From contig CALXTS010000005.1 in NCBI GenBank assembly GCA_944391465.1, forward strand, positions 2,942 through 66,941: a DNA stretch of 64,000 nt, read 5' to 3'. A program made the position numbers and the translations under genes. This document shows, in pieces, positions 37,217-47,207 of this stretch; within the stretch, counting starts at the first letter, position 1, and each line of letters opens with the position of its first letter. The notes beneath the pieces were generated by a model that was given only the letters and a program-made list of their open reading frames with translations, was not told where the DNA came from and did not search any database. The stretch is from an uncultured Alphaproteobacteria bacterium (GTDB lineage: Bacteria > Pseudomonadota > Alphaproteobacteria > RF32 > CAG-239).

Positions 37217-37996
37217 ATGCCTAGAATTTTAGCGATTGCCAACCGAAAAGGCGGAGTAGGAAAAACAACAACAACCGTAAACGTTGCAACAGCAATGGCG
37301 GCTGCCGGAAAAAAAGTGTTGGTTGTGGATTTGGACCCGCAAGGAAACGCAACAACATCAATGGGTGTTGATAAGAAAGGCAATATGGCGTCTTCGTACG
37401 AAGTTCTGCTTGGAGATGCCCGTTTAACACAAGCAATCGTCTGGACTGAGGTTCCGAATTTTTCAATAGTTCCGTCATCGCCTGATTTGGCCGGAGCTGA
37501 GATTGAGCTGGTTGATATTGAAGATAGAGAGTTTGCTCTGAAAAATGCGCTAACCAAAGATGCCGTAAATTATGATTATATTTTGATTGATTGTCCGCCA
37601 TCATTAAGTTTGGTGACAATTAATGCATTGGTTGCTGCGGATGCTGTTATTGTACCTTTGCAATGCGAATTCTTGGCTCTTGAAGGAATTACGGATTTAA
37701 TCCGCAATATTAATCAGATTAAAAAGAAATTTAATCCCAAGCTTGCACTTCACGGTGTCGTTTTAACTATGTATGACAAGAGAAATAATTTAACCCAAAT
37801 GGTTGAAGATGACGTGCGCCAATTTTTTGGTAAAAAAGTATATAATACAGTTATTCCTAGAAATGTTCGTATTTCCGAGGCGCCATCTCACGGAAAACCT
37901 GTTTTGATATACGATTTTAAATGTTCAGGATCTCAGGCTTATATAAGTTTGACGGGTGAAGTCTTAAAAAGAGAAAAGGAATTAATCGCATGCTAG
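37217..37996 (+). CDS. parA: Chromosome partitioning ATPase ParA
   Basis: KGGVGKTTT, DLDPQGNAT, IDCPPSL, PLQCEF, IPRNVRISEAPSHG. Confidence 0.97.
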   Translation: MPRILAIANRKGGVGKTTTTVNVATAMAAAGKKVLVVDLDPQGNATTSMGVDKKGNMASSYEVLLGDARLTQAIVWTEVPNFSIVPSSPDLAGAEIELVDIEDREFALKNALTKDAVNYDYILIDCPPSLSLVTINALVAADAVIVPLQCEFLALEGITDLIRNINQIKKKFNPKLALHGVVLTMYDKRNNLTQMVEDDVRQFFGKKVYNTVIPRNVRISEAPSHGKPVLIYDFKCSGSQAYISLTGEVLKREKELIAC

Positions 37997-39021
37997 TAGA
38001 TAAAGAATTAGATGAACTTCTGAACGATACTCCCTCAGCTGAGAATTCATTTCATAACAATCAGCACAAAAGAAAAAGTTTAGGTAGAGGTCTTGGGGCT
38101 CTTTTAGGTGATGATGATTTAGATATAGGAAATACTGCAAGTTCAGAAACACCGTCTTTAAAAAACAGCGATAAAATAAATATCAATCAAATTATTCCGG
38201 GAAAATATCAACCGCGAACAGAGTTTGATAAAGAATCGTTAGATGCCTTGGCTGAGTCCATTAAAGAAAAAGGAGTTTTACAACCTCTGCTTGTTCGTAA
38301 ACAAGGTGATAAATATGAAATTATTGCCGGTGAACGTCGTTGGCGAGCTTCTAAAATAGCCGGATTGTCAGAAGTCCCTGTAATCGTAAAAGATTTTAAC
38401 GATAAAGAGGTTTTAGAGGTTGCTCTCGTTGAAAACTTATTGAGAGAAAATCTGAGCGCCATTGAAGAGGCCGAGGCTTTTCAGCGGTTGATTGATGAGT
38501 TTTCGCATACACAAGAGGCTTTGTCTCAAATTGTCGGAAAATCTCGCAGTCATATTGCTAACACTTTGAGATTGTTAAATCTTCCTGAAGGTGTAAAAGA
38601 ATTAATTAAAGAGGGAAAACTTTCTGCCGGACACGCCAGAGCGCTAGTTGGATTAGAAGATGCTGAAAAAATTGCAAAAATGATAATAAGCAAAGACCTT
38701 AGTGTTCGTCAGGTAGAGGAGCTTGTTTCAAAACAAAAAGAACCTCAGAAACCGCAAAAGAGCAAAAAGAGAAGCGAAGATTTGGAAGAAATAGAAAAGG
38801 AGTTAATTAAGAATCTTGGTTTAAGAATTAAAATTACACCAAATGCTCAAGGCGGCGGCAAAGTTGTTTTGCAATATTCCTCCGTTGCTGAGCTAGATAT
38901 GATTGTTGAAGCGTTGGATAAAAAACACAAAACAGAATCAAACTATGGTGTGAACTCTGTATTTAAATCAGGGCAAGAGCCGAGTAATAATGAAAAATTT
39001 TCAATTAAAATTGTTGACTAA
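37990..39021 (+). CDS. parB: Chromosome partitioning protein ParB
   Basis: LGRGLGALL, QPR, GVLQPLLVR, IAGERRWRA, ENLLRENL, GKSRSHIANTLRLL, LSAGHARAL. Confidence 0.97.
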   Translation: MLVDKELDELLNDTPSAENSFHNNQHKRKSLGRGLGALLGDDDLDIGNTASSETPSLKNSDKININQIIPGKYQPRTEFDKESLDALAESIKEKGVLQPLLVRKQGDKYEIIAGERRWRASKIAGLSEVPVIVKDFNDKEVLEVALVENLLRENLSAIEEAEAFQRLIDEFSHTQEALSQIVGKSRSHIANTLRLLNLPEGVKELIKEGKLSAGHARALVGLEDAEKIAKMIISKDLSVRQVEELVSKQKEPQKPQKSKKRSEDLEEIEKELIKNLGLRIKITPNAQGGGKVVLQYSSVAELDMIVEALDKKHKTESNYGVNSVFKSGQEPSNNEKFSIKIVD

Positions 39022-39036
39022 TAAAGGAAATAAAAA

Positions 39037-39270
39037 ATGACTATTTTAGAAAAAATGCTGGAAAGATGTGAACAAGCAGGATACGCAACCACAAAAAACG
39101 TAGAAAAAATTGCCAAAGCCAAAAAAATGATGTTTGGCGAAAGTGAGTGGCAGCGTTGCCCGTGTGACGGAGAGAATGCCGCCAGATACTGCATTTCTGA
39201 AACATGTAGGGCGGATATAGAGCGTGATGGTGAATGTCATTGTCATTGTTATTGCAAAAAGAGTTCATAA
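39037..39270 (+). CDS. Ferredoxin-thioredoxin reductase catalytic-subunit-like small Fe-S protein
   Basis: RCPC...YCISETC..I..DGECHCHCY; AAGGA RBS; last gene before a terminator. Confidence 0.7.
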   Translation: MTILEKMLERCEQAGYATTKNVEKIAKAKKMMFGESEWQRCPCDGENAARYCISETCRADIERDGECHCHCYCKKSS

Positions 39271-39271
39271 A

Positions 39272-39305
39272 AAAAATAAAAGGCGGATTTTCCGCCTTTT
39301 ATTTT
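39272..39305 (+). terminator. Intrinsic terminator of the rsmG-parAB operon
   Basis: AAAATAAAAGGCGGA-ttt-TCCGCCTTTTATTTT. Confidence 0.8.
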
Positions 39306-39387
39306 GGTAACGATATCTTTACCAAAGCTGAATAATCTAATAAAAAGATTATATATTATCAGTAAAATCAGCTGAAGAGGATTTGCC

Positions 39388-40401
39388 ATGCAATTTTTAA
39401 AGAAGACACTATTCGGTTTAGGGGCTCTCTTTTTTATATTCGTAGGAGGGGCGGGAACCCAGTCTCACAATACACTACTGCAAGGAGGCGGTTTCTTAGG
39501 GCTGATAATCGGTCTGGTAGTCTTGTATATTTTTGCAAAAATGGCTTGGCGAGCCATGGGCTGTCTTCCCTCAATCTTTTTGATCTTAGCAATAGTTGCA
39601 TTTATTGTTTACGCTATTGGCGGATTTAACGGAGGTATATCCAATTTAAGTAACAATTTAAAAAGTTTCATAGGGCAGGGAACAAGTTCAACGGAAGGCA
39701 AAGTAGGAAATGCATCGCAATTCAACTTGTTAAGTGACGAAGATTTTGATGTAACAATAAGAGAAAATTTTTCATCACCCTCAAAAGATGCCCAACAACA
39801 ACCGCAACAACAAGCAGAGCCAGCAGAAGAAGAATCATTTCTTGATAAGTTGATTGGAAAGCCGCGAACATCAAAGCAGTCGCCATCCTCAGGTGGAATG
39901 CCGGATATGCAAAATGCCCCAACAATTTATTCTGCAGCAGAAGTCATAAGCGGAGATACTTTACGTATTAATGGCAGATATTTTAGATTATTCGGAATAG
40001 ATGCGCCGGAAAGAAATCAAACCTGCGCAGATGCAACAGGTCGTTCTTACAGTTGCGGATATCAAGCCGCCGAATGGTTGAGTGGTTGGATACAAAATAA
40101 TACGCTGGAATGTAAAGTTATTCAAAAAGACGGAAACGGAAATATGATAGGAACTTGCGCGCTAGGGGCTTATGATATCGGTGCCGCAATAGTTAACGCG
40201 GGTTGGGCTGTGGCTTATCCTAAACATACGGATATTTATATGCCTTACCAAACACAAGCAGGGCAAAACAAAAGAGGTTTATGGCAAGGAGATTTTTATA
40301 TGCCATGGGATTGGCGAAAAATACAAGCACAAAAGCCAAAAATCAAAATTATCAAACCTAAAACGCCCAAACGTCGAACAATCTTAAATCCGTTAGGCTA
40401 A
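39388..40401 (+). CDS. Thermonuclease (SNase)-family protein with N-terminal membrane domain
   Basis: VISGDTL, RLFGIDAPE..Q.C..Y.CG, VNAGWAVAY, RGLWQG..PWDWR; three N-terminal TMs. Confidence 0.85.
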   Translation: MQFLKKTLFGLGALFFIFVGGAGTQSHNTLLQGGGFLGLIIGLVVLYIFAKMAWRAMGCLPSIFLILAIVAFIVYAIGGFNGGISNLSNNLKSFIGQGTSSTEGKVGNASQFNLLSDEDFDVTIRENFSSPSKDAQQQPQQQAEPAEEESFLDKLIGKPRTSKQSPSSGGMPDMQNAPTIYSAAEVISGDTLRINGRYFRLFGIDAPERNQTCADATGRSYSCGYQAAEWLSGWIQNNTLECKVIQKDGNGNMIGTCALGAYDIGAAIVNAGWAVAYPKHTDIYMPYQTQAGQNKRGLWQGDFYMPWDWRKIQAQKPKIKIIKPKTPKRRTILNPLG

Positions 40402-40405
40402 GCTC

Positions 40406-40879
40406 ATGGAATACGTTTTTTCTTATAAATTGGAAAACGAAGCGGCAACGGTTAAATTCGGGCAAGCTCTTGCCGGAATAAGCAAAAAAGGAGACTTTTA
40501 CGCTCTGTTTGGAACACTTGGTGTTGGCAAAAGTGTATTATCACGAGCTTTTGTTCAAGAACTATGCGGAAACATTGAAGTTCCGAGCCCGACATTTACA
40601 TTGGTTCAAAGCTATGAAGCGCCGGAATTTGAAATATATCATTTTGATTTATATAGAATAAAATCACCTGAGGAAATTTTTGAGATAGGTGTTGAAGAAG
40701 CAATGTATGACGGTGTTTGCTTGGTTGAATGGCCGGAAAGAATGCTTTCATATTTACCGAGAGATTGTTTTAATGTTGAAATAACAGCAGAGGATACAAG
40801 CCGAGTTGTTGTAATTAAAGTAAAATCAGAGGAAAAAGCGTCAAGATTAAAGAAATTGGAAGGCTTTGGTAATGATTGA
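40406..40879 (+). CDS. tsaE: tRNA t6A biosynthesis ATPase TsaE
   Basis: GTLGVGKS, VPSPTFTLVQSY, HFDLYRI, LVEWPE. Confidence 0.95.
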   Translation: MEYVFSYKLENEAATVKFGQALAGISKKGDFYALFGTLGVGKSVLSRAFVQELCGNIEVPSPTFTLVQSYEAPEFEIYHFDLYRIKSPEEIFEIGVEEAMYDGVCLVEWPERMLSYLPRDCFNVEITAEDTSRVVVIKVKSEEKASRLKKLEGFGND

Positions 40880-41306
40880 GAATATACACACATGTTGTTT
40901 AAGTTATCAAAACAGAGGGTTTTTAGTCCTTGGTGCATCTGGGTCCGGAAAATCTGATTTGTGTTTAAGGCTGATTATGGATAAACATGCGGTACTGGTT
41001 TCTGATGATAGATGTGATATTTGGGAAGATGATGGAAAATTATACGCCAAAGCTCCCCAAAATTTGCAAGGAATGTTAGAGGTTAGAGGTGTAGGTATTG
41101 CAAAATTTCCGTTTATAGATAAAACAATTGTATCTGGAGTTGTAGAATTGGTTGCCAACCCAAAGGAAATAGAGAGGTTGCCGGAAGCAGAATATTATAC
41201 ATACGGAAAAATCAAATTGCCAAAATTACGTCTTTATCCTTTTGAGGCATCGGCAGCCGATAAAGTCATCGTCTTTTTAGAGCAGATATCTTGTGCGGAT
41301 TTATAG
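40872..41306 (+). CDS. hprK: HPr kinase/phosphorylase, short alphaproteobacterial type
   Basis: IH..C..G.LVLGASGSGKSDLCLRL, LVSDD, GMLEVRGVGI, ERLP. Confidence 0.85.
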   Translation: MIENIHTCCLSYQNRGFLVLGASGSGKSDLCLRLIMDKHAVLVSDDRCDIWEDDGKLYAKAPQNLQGMLEVRGVGIAKFPFIDKTIVSGVVELVANPKEIERLPEAEYYTYGKIKLPKLRLYPFEASAADKVIVFLEQISCADL

Positions 41307-41379
41307 GTTATTAATTGATTCTTAAAAACTAAAGACGTAAAATATGCCCAAAATATAACCAGTTAAGAAAGCAAGATTA

Positions 41380-42171
41380 ATGATTTTAATTAAAATTCAG
41401 AAATTTTTGCGCCGCCAAGGTAAACCGTTGGTTGCGTTCATTTCTCGTTTGGGAGAATTTTCTTTGTTTGTGGCGCAGGCAATATACAATTGTCTGACCC
41501 CACCGTTTTACTTTCGTAATTTAGGAAGACAAATAGCCGATATCGGTTTTTATTCATTACCTGTTGTTGGTTTAACAACAATTTTTGCCGGAATGGTTAT
41601 TGCCTTGCAGAGTTACTCAGGATTTGCCCGTTTTGGAGCAGAGAGTGCTGTGGCATCGGTTGTTCTTATCTCAGTAACAAGAGAATTAGCGCCGGTATTA
41701 TCGGCTTTAATGGTGGCGGGTCGTATAGGTGCAGCCATGGCGGCAGAAATCGGGACAATGCGTGTTACAGAACAGATAGACGCGCTGACAACACTTTCAA
41801 CAAATCCGTTTAAGTATCTTGTAACTCCAAGAATTTTAGCCGGACTAATAGTTATGCCTTTACTGGTTTTAATAGGAGATGTTATCGGAATTTTCGGTGG
41901 CTATGTTGTGGGTGTTTACAAACTCGGTTTTAACCCTGCAAATTATGTTAATGCCACATTGCAAGATTTACAACCGATAGATATTACAACCGGTTTAGTA
42001 AAAGCGGCTGTTTTTGGTTTTATAATTTCTATTATGGGGTGTTATAACGGTTATAAATCTAAAGGCGGAGCGCAAGGTGTTGGTACCGCAACAACGAACG
42101 CGGTTGTATCCGCATCGATTTTAATCTTAATTTTCAACTATATTATAACAGAACTTTTCTTTTCAAAATAA
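41380..42171 (+). CDS. mlaE: MlaE-family ABC transporter permease
   Basis: SLPVVGLT, RELAPV, AGRIGAAMAAEIGTMRVTEQIDAL, GGAQGVG.ATT.AVV. Confidence 0.92.
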   Translation: MILIKIQKFLRRQGKPLVAFISRLGEFSLFVAQAIYNCLTPPFYFRNLGRQIADIGFYSLPVVGLTTIFAGMVIALQSYSGFARFGAESAVASVVLISVTRELAPVLSALMVAGRIGAAMAAEIGTMRVTEQIDALTTLSTNPFKYLVTPRILAGLIVMPLLVLIGDVIGIFGGYVVGVYKLGFNPANYVNATLQDLQPIDITTGLVKAAVFGFIISIMGCYNGYKSKGGAQGVGTATTNAVVSASILILIFNYIITELFFSK

Positions 42172-42188
42172 GTCTGCGGAGAGAATAA

Positions 42189-42956
42189 ATGAGCGAAGAA
42201 AACAAAATAGAAATAAGAAATCTTCATAAATCTTTTGGAAAGAAAATAGTTCTTGACGGCATAGATTTAGATATCAGAAAAGGAGAATCTTTGGTCGTTA
42301 TCGGAGGCTCCGGTACGGGAAAGTCAGTTTTGATAAAATGTATCCAGGGATTATTAAGACCGGAAGAAGGTTCTATCCTTGTTGATGGAGAAGAAGTTGT
42401 CGGTATAGATGAGGAGCAAAAGGAAAAATTGCATTCAAAAATGGGAATGCTTTTTCAAGGCGGAGCTCTTTTTGATAGTTTGAGTGTTTGGGAAAATGTT
42501 GCTTTTGATTTATTGGAAAACAAAGGTTATGACAAACGCAGCGCAAAAAATGAAGCAATAAGGGTTCTTCGTCAAGTTGGCTTAGCACCGGATGTTGCAG
42601 ATTTATCTCCGTCAGAACTTTCCGGGGGTATGCAAAAGCGTGTTGGTCTAGCAAGAGCCATCGCCTCAAAGCCGGAAATAATATTCTTTGATGAACCGAC
42701 AACCGGATTAGACCCGATAATGTCCGATGTTATCAATGATTTGATTATTGAATCAGTCAAAGGTCTTGGAGCAACAGCATTAACCATTACTCACGATATG
42801 GCGTCTGCACGTAAAATAGCCGATAGAGTGGCAATGCTTTATAAAGGAAAAATTGTATGGCAGGGAACCGTAAAAGAAATGGATAAAACAACCAATGAAT
42901 ACGTCGTCCAATTCATAAACGGAAGTTCTCAGGGGCCGATAAAAGTGGAGGTATAA
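42189..42956 (+). CDS. mlaF: MlaF-family ABC ATPase
   Basis: GGSGTGKS, LFQGGALFDS, ELSGGMQKRV, FFDEPTTGLDP, ITHD. Confidence 0.9.
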   Translation: MSEENKIEIRNLHKSFGKKIVLDGIDLDIRKGESLVVIGGSGTGKSVLIKCIQGLLRPEEGSILVDGEEVVGIDEEQKEKLHSKMGMLFQGGALFDSLSVWENVAFDLLENKGYDKRSAKNEAIRVLRQVGLAPDVADLSPSELSGGMQKRVGLARAIASKPEIIFFDEPTTGLDPIMSDVINDLIIESVKGLGATALTITHDMASARKIADRVAMLYKGKIVWQGTVKEMDKTTNEYVVQFINGSSQGPIKVEV

Positions 42957-42958
42957 TC

Positions 42959-44332
42959 TTGGCTAAAAAAGCTCAAAAACAATATGTATGCCAAAACTGC
43001 GGTTCCGTATATCCTAAATGGCAGGGAAAATGTGATGCCTGTGGGGAATGGAATACTATTGAAGAAGAGCAGGTTGGCGGAGAAGGCTTTTCAAATCTTA
43101 GCAACAAAAAATCTCAAGGAAAGATGCTTGAGTTTGTTCCTCTGAGCGGAACAGAGCAACATTTAAGCCGTTTGTCAACGGGAATAAAAGAACTGGACCG
43201 AGTTTGCGGTGGCGGATTGGTTCCCGGATCCGTGATATTAGTTGGTGGAGACCCCGGAATAGGAAAATCGACATTATTGCTTCAGGCATGCGCAAAAGTA
43301 GCCTCACTGCCGAGTTCTCCGGAAGTCTATTACATATCTGGAGAAGAGGCGATAGATCAGGTCAGAATCAGAGCCAAACGCCTTCAATTAGACCAATCTC
43401 CGGTAAAATTGGCAAGCAGTACGGAAATAAAAGATATTGTAACAACGCTTGAAAAATCAAAAGCGGCCGTTGTTATAATTGATTCAATCCAAACCATGTA
43501 TCTTGATGAAGTTGAGTCAACTCCGGGCAGTGTAACGCAAGTCAGAGCCTGTTCTTATGAATTGATTAAATTAGCCAAACGCAAAGGTTTTACATTATTT
43601 TTGGTCGGCCATGTAACAAAACAAGGAGCGATTGCCGGTCCGAGAGTTCTGGAGCATATGGTTGATACGGTTCTTTATTTTGAAGGTGAGAGAGGGCATC
43701 ATTTTCGGATTCTTCGAGCTGTAAAAAATCGTTATGGCGCAACGGACGAAATCGGTGTTTTTGAAATGCAAGATCAAGGCTTGGTGGAAATAGAAAATCC
43801 GTCAGCGTTGTTTTTAGCAGAAAGACAAGGGAATGTATCCGGATCATGCGTTTTTGCCGGCATCGAAGGTTCTCGCCCTGTTTTAGTTGAGATACAGGCG
43901 TTGGTTAGCCCAACAAGTTATGCCAGTCCCAAAAGAGCAGTTGTTGGTTGGGACGGGAATCGAATGGCGATGGTTTTAGCTGTTTTAGAAGCTCGTTGCG
44001 GAATGAACTTCAGTTCTCAAGACATATACCTAAATATAGCCGGAGGACTAAGAATTTCTGAACCTGCTGCAGATTTAGCCGTTGCAATGGCTGTTATTTC
44101 CTCCATGACCAATAAGCCTCTTCCGGCAGATATGGTTATATTTGGAGAGATTGGGCTTTCCGGAGAGATTAGAGCCGTCAGTCAGCCGAGTATGCGTTTG
44201 AAAGAGGCTTCAAAACTTGGTTTTGCGAGCGCAATAACGCCGCCGACACACAGCAAAGAGAAAAAAGTTAATGTAGAAATCAATAGATTTGAAATCGGCA
44301 ACGTTCATCGTTTAATAAATTGGTTTAACTAG
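42959..44332 (+). CDS. radA: DNA repair protein RadA/Sms
   Basis: CQNCG..WQGKCDACGEWNT zinc finger, GDPGIGKSTLL, IDSIQT, GHVTK, KNRYG, GEIGLSGE. Confidence 0.98.
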   Translation: MAKKAQKQYVCQNCGSVYPKWQGKCDACGEWNTIEEEQVGGEGFSNLSNKKSQGKMLEFVPLSGTEQHLSRLSTGIKELDRVCGGGLVPGSVILVGGDPGIGKSTLLLQACAKVASLPSSPEVYYISGEEAIDQVRIRAKRLQLDQSPVKLASSTEIKDIVTTLEKSKAAVVIIDSIQTMYLDEVESTPGSVTQVRACSYELIKLAKRKGFTLFLVGHVTKQGAIAGPRVLEHMVDTVLYFEGERGHHFRILRAVKNRYGATDEIGVFEMQDQGLVEIENPSALFLAERQGNVSGSCVFAGIEGSRPVLVEIQALVSPTSYASPKRAVVGWDGNRMAMVLAVLEARCGMNFSSQDIYLNIAGGLRISEPAADLAVAMAVISSMTNKPLPADMVIFGEIGLSGEIRAVSQPSMRLKEASKLGFASAITPPTHSKEKKVNVEINRFEIGNVHRLINWFN

Positions 44333-44344
44333 AAGGTAAGCATA

Positions 44345-45091
44345 ATGCACCAGCTCAATAATCTTGATGTAATCATTCTAATAGTTATAGGTATATCAGC
44401 TCTGATAGCGCTGAGTCGAGGTCTGATAAAAGAAGTTTTATCAATAATCGGCTGGGTTTTGGGTGTTGCGGCGATAGTATATTTATTGCCGGTTTTAACG
44501 CCGTTTGCAAAATTATATATTGAGAGCGGGTGGCTTGCCGGCATAGTAACATCTTTATGTATTTTGATTTTATTTTTGATTTTTTGGATTATGTTTACAG
44601 GAAAGATTATCGGCAAGATTCGTAAAAGTAAATTAAACGGAGTTGATAGATTCTTAGGATTATTTTTTGGAATAGCTCGAGCATTTTTATTAATTATCTT
44701 GTTTAACATCATGGTCAACTGGATGATACCTGAAGAAAACCAATCAGAAGTTATAACGGAATCAAGATATTTCAGAATAGCAGGGAGTTTTGCCAAACCA
44801 ATAGAAGAATTGATACCGGAAAAAACATTGCAAATAATCAGAGATAAAACGGGGCATATAAAAACAGCAGAAGAAACAAAAACGGAAGAGAAAAAAGAGG
44901 AAAGAAAGCCTATAAAAGAAAATATGGATTCAGATTCTGAGGAGCTTTTCCAAAAACTTGCGCAACCCCAAGTTAAAAATAGCAAAAAGGTTGTAAAAAC
45001 GGATAAGAAAGAAAAAACGACCATAAAACATGGATATAAAGAATCAGACAGAGATAATCTGGATAGATTAATAGAGAACACATTAGAATGA
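44345..45091 (+). CDS. cvpA: CvpA (colicin V production) family membrane protein
   Basis: LDVII, RGLIKEVLSI, DRFLGLFFGIARA; follows radA. Confidence 0.88.
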   Translation: MHQLNNLDVIILIVIGISALIALSRGLIKEVLSIIGWVLGVAAIVYLLPVLTPFAKLYIESGWLAGIVTSLCILILFLIFWIMFTGKIIGKIRKSKLNGVDRFLGLFFGIARAFLLIILFNIMVNWMIPEENQSEVITESRYFRIAGSFAKPIEELIPEKTLQIIRDKTGHIKTAEETKTEEKKEERKPIKENMDSDSEELFQKLAQPQVKNSKKVVKTDKKEKTTIKHGYKESDRDNLDRLIENTLE

Positions 45092-45095
45092 AAAT

Positions 45096-45127
45096 AAGGT
45101 GCTTAATTTTTAAGCACCTTTGTTTTT
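45096..45127. terminator. Intrinsic terminator
   Basis: AAGGTGCTTA-atttt-TAAGCACCTT followed by a T-rich tract, between convergent genes. Confidence 0.75.
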
Positions 45128-45142
45128 TCAAGAAATAAAAGA

Positions 45143-45721
45143 TTAAAAGATTTCGTCCATTATTTTACAAAAAGCATCAAGGGAGAAACTTTTAGAATCT
45201 TTAAATAAATTACTAAGTTGCTCGCTTTTATCAAAATAAGATAAAGAATTTCCGATAGGGATATTAATGCTATCAGAAACACAAGGTTTCAAAGCAATCA
45301 AATTTTCTTTTAACTTATCCCAACAGGTATGCTTCAGAACAAAGAAATTGGCCATCTCACAAGAAGGAAAATGCAAATAATCCAGAACCGGCAAATGCGT
45401 AACAATGTGAAGGTGAGAATAATCAGCATTGTCAGCTGCACTTAAGCATTTTTCACATAACAAAGGCACTCGACTAACGGAATCTCTGTGCAAATATGAT
45501 TCATGAAGTTCATCCATAACAATAAGAGGAGCATTCCAGACATGTGCTCTTATTTGTGCGGTAATTAAGGCTCTTTTTATGGGAGAGCTAAGCACCAAAG
45601 ATTTTCCGTTCGGAGCAAAAGATTTAGCCGATAGATAGACCTGAACCATGCTTTCGGGAGATATTCCGAAAAAGATATCAGGCAAAGCATGTCTTCCGAT
45701 AGTTAAAGTTTTCTCTTCCAT
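45143..45721 (-). CDS. Divergent histidine-phosphatase (SixA-like) family protein
   Basis: LTIGRHA, LSSPIKRALITAQI, ELHE, HIVTHLP match the RHA / SSP..RA..TA / V.H.P pattern. Confidence 0.65.
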   Translation of the reverse strand: MEEKTLTIGRHALPDIFFGISPESMVQVYLSAKSFAPNGKSLVLSSPIKRALITAQIRAHVWNAPLIVMDELHESYLHRDSVSRVPLLCEKCLSAADNADYSHLHIVTHLPVLDYLHFPSCEMANFFVLKHTCWDKLKENLIALKPCVSDSINIPIGNSLSYFDKSEQLSNLFKDSKSFSLDAFCKIMDEIF

Positions 45722-45828
45722 ATAATTTTTATTTAATTTGTTAATACTAAAAAAACTACTGAAAAATAAATTTTAAAATATCAAAAGTCAACAAGAATAA
45801 AAAATAGAAAAAATAGACAAAAAATAAA

Positions 45829-45857
45829 TTGACTTAAAATTAATATTTTGATATTAT
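45829..45857 (+). promoter_or_regulatory. Putative sigma70 promoter
   Basis: TTGACT-17 nt-TATTAT. Confidence 0.5.
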
Positions 45858-45886
45858 GATAGAAAAGATTAAGTATGGAGGAACAC

Positions 45887-46573
45887 ATGGGAAAAACAGA
45901 AAAATTGTTAGTTGGTGCAGCATTAGCCGGAGCGGCAATGAATGTACAAGCTCAAACACAAACAGCCACCACAAATGAAAGTATTAAAGAACAAGCTGTT
46001 TCAGGGCAAAACAAAAGCGGAGAATATCTAAAATTAAAGGGATACGCCGCAATGTTGCAAATTCCATCAGAAAATATTGGCGAAATAACATCTGTTGGAG
46101 ATTTGGCAAGAAATGCTTATACAAATTCAAAAGGACAAAGAGTCGAACAAAATTTTAGTCATGTAAAAGGTTGGACTGTATTAAATGAAATAACAGAAGA
46201 CAGCCATACGGTGAAAGCAAGAAAAGGAAATACTTTTGTAACCTTTAAACAAAAAGATTATGATTTTATGGATGGAAAAGAAAGCTATGTAAGTGGAGAA
46301 TATGCTGAAAAAATAGGCGATAGAGAGTTTAAGGCTTTCTTTTCAGGAAATCCGGAAAGTAACAAATCCAAAGATTTCTCAGTAAATAGTGATGATTTTG
46401 TTTCATTGCAAGGCATCCAAGAATTGTTAACAGAAATAATTAAAGCGCACAAAGAAAATCAGGCAATTATGGATAAAGCTATCCGTGAAGGTAAAACAGA
46501 TTTAACTCTGGCTTCAGAAAATGATGCCAAAGGCGGAATAAACATGGCGTTTTATAAAGATTTAAGTCGCTAA
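45887..46573 (+). CDS. Hypothetical exported protein
   Basis: GGAGG RBS before ATG 45887; LLVGAALAGAAMNVQA signal-like segment; own promoter and terminator. Confidence 0.72.
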   Translation: MGKTEKLLVGAALAGAAMNVQAQTQTATTNESIKEQAVSGQNKSGEYLKLKGYAAMLQIPSENIGEITSVGDLARNAYTNSKGQRVEQNFSHVKGWTVLNEITEDSHTVKARKGNTFVTFKQKDYDFMDGKESYVSGEYAEKIGDREFKAFFSGNPESNKSKDFSVNSDDFVSLQGIQELLTEIIKAHKENQAIMDKAIREGKTDLTLASENDAKGGINMAFYKDLSR

Positions 46574-46577
46574 TAAC

Positions 46578-46606
46578 AAAAAGCCCCTGAAAAGGGGCTC
46601 TTTTTT
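46578..46606. terminator. Bidirectional intrinsic terminator
   Basis: AAAAAGCCCCT-gaaa-AGGGGCTCTTTTT. Confidence 0.78.
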
Positions 46607-47198
46607 ACATAGTTTTACGAGAGTTTAAAGCAAGTTGAATTGTTCCCTCGTCCATATAGTCTAGTTCAGCCCCCATGGGAATACCTTGGGCTAAGGTTGT
46701 AACTTTTAGATTATATTCTTTAAGGCGGGAAACCAGATAATGAGAAGTAATCTGTCCATCAACCGTTGCCGGCAGAGCTAAAATGACCTCTTTTACGCCC
46801 TCTGAAGAGATTCTTCTAATTAGACTGTCAATGTTAAGGTCTTCAGGGACAACTCCATCCAGAGCCGATAAAACACCCCCTAGCACATGATATTTTCCTT
46901 TAAAAAAGGAAACTCTCTCCATTGCCCATAAATCAGCAACATCTTGCACAACGCATATAGTTGTAGAATCTCTTGTTTCAGATTGACAAATAGAGCAAGG
47001 AGAACTTGTATCAAAATTTCCGCAAATATTACAAACTTTTATATTGTCAGCCACATTTTGCATGGCGTCAATAAGAGGCAAGAAAAGGCTTTCTTTCTTT
47101 TTTATAAGCTGCAACACAATTCTTCTTGCCGAACGCGTACCTAAAGCAGGAAGTTTTGAAACAAGTTTAATTAATTTTTCAATATCAGTTCCGGCCAT
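46605..47198 (-). CDS. recR: Recombination mediator RecR
   Basis: LPALGTRSARR, CNICGN..PCSIC, CVVQDVADL, YHVLGG, GIPMGAELDYMDEGT. Confidence 0.97.
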   Translation of the reverse strand: MAGTDIEKLIKLVSKLPALGTRSARRIVLQLIKKKESLFLPLIDAMQNVADNIKVCNICGNFDTSSPCSICQSETRDSTTICVVQDVADLWAMERVSFFKGKYHVLGGVLSALDGVVPEDLNIDSLIRRISSEGVKEVILALPATVDGQITSHYLVSRLKEYNLKVTTLAQGIPMGAELDYMDEGTIQLALNSRKTM

Positions 47199-47207
47199 AA
47201 TATTTCT

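Noticed and set aside
44329-45081. 250-aa minus-strand ORF
   Set aside because: Antisense shadow of cvpA with no independent motifs.
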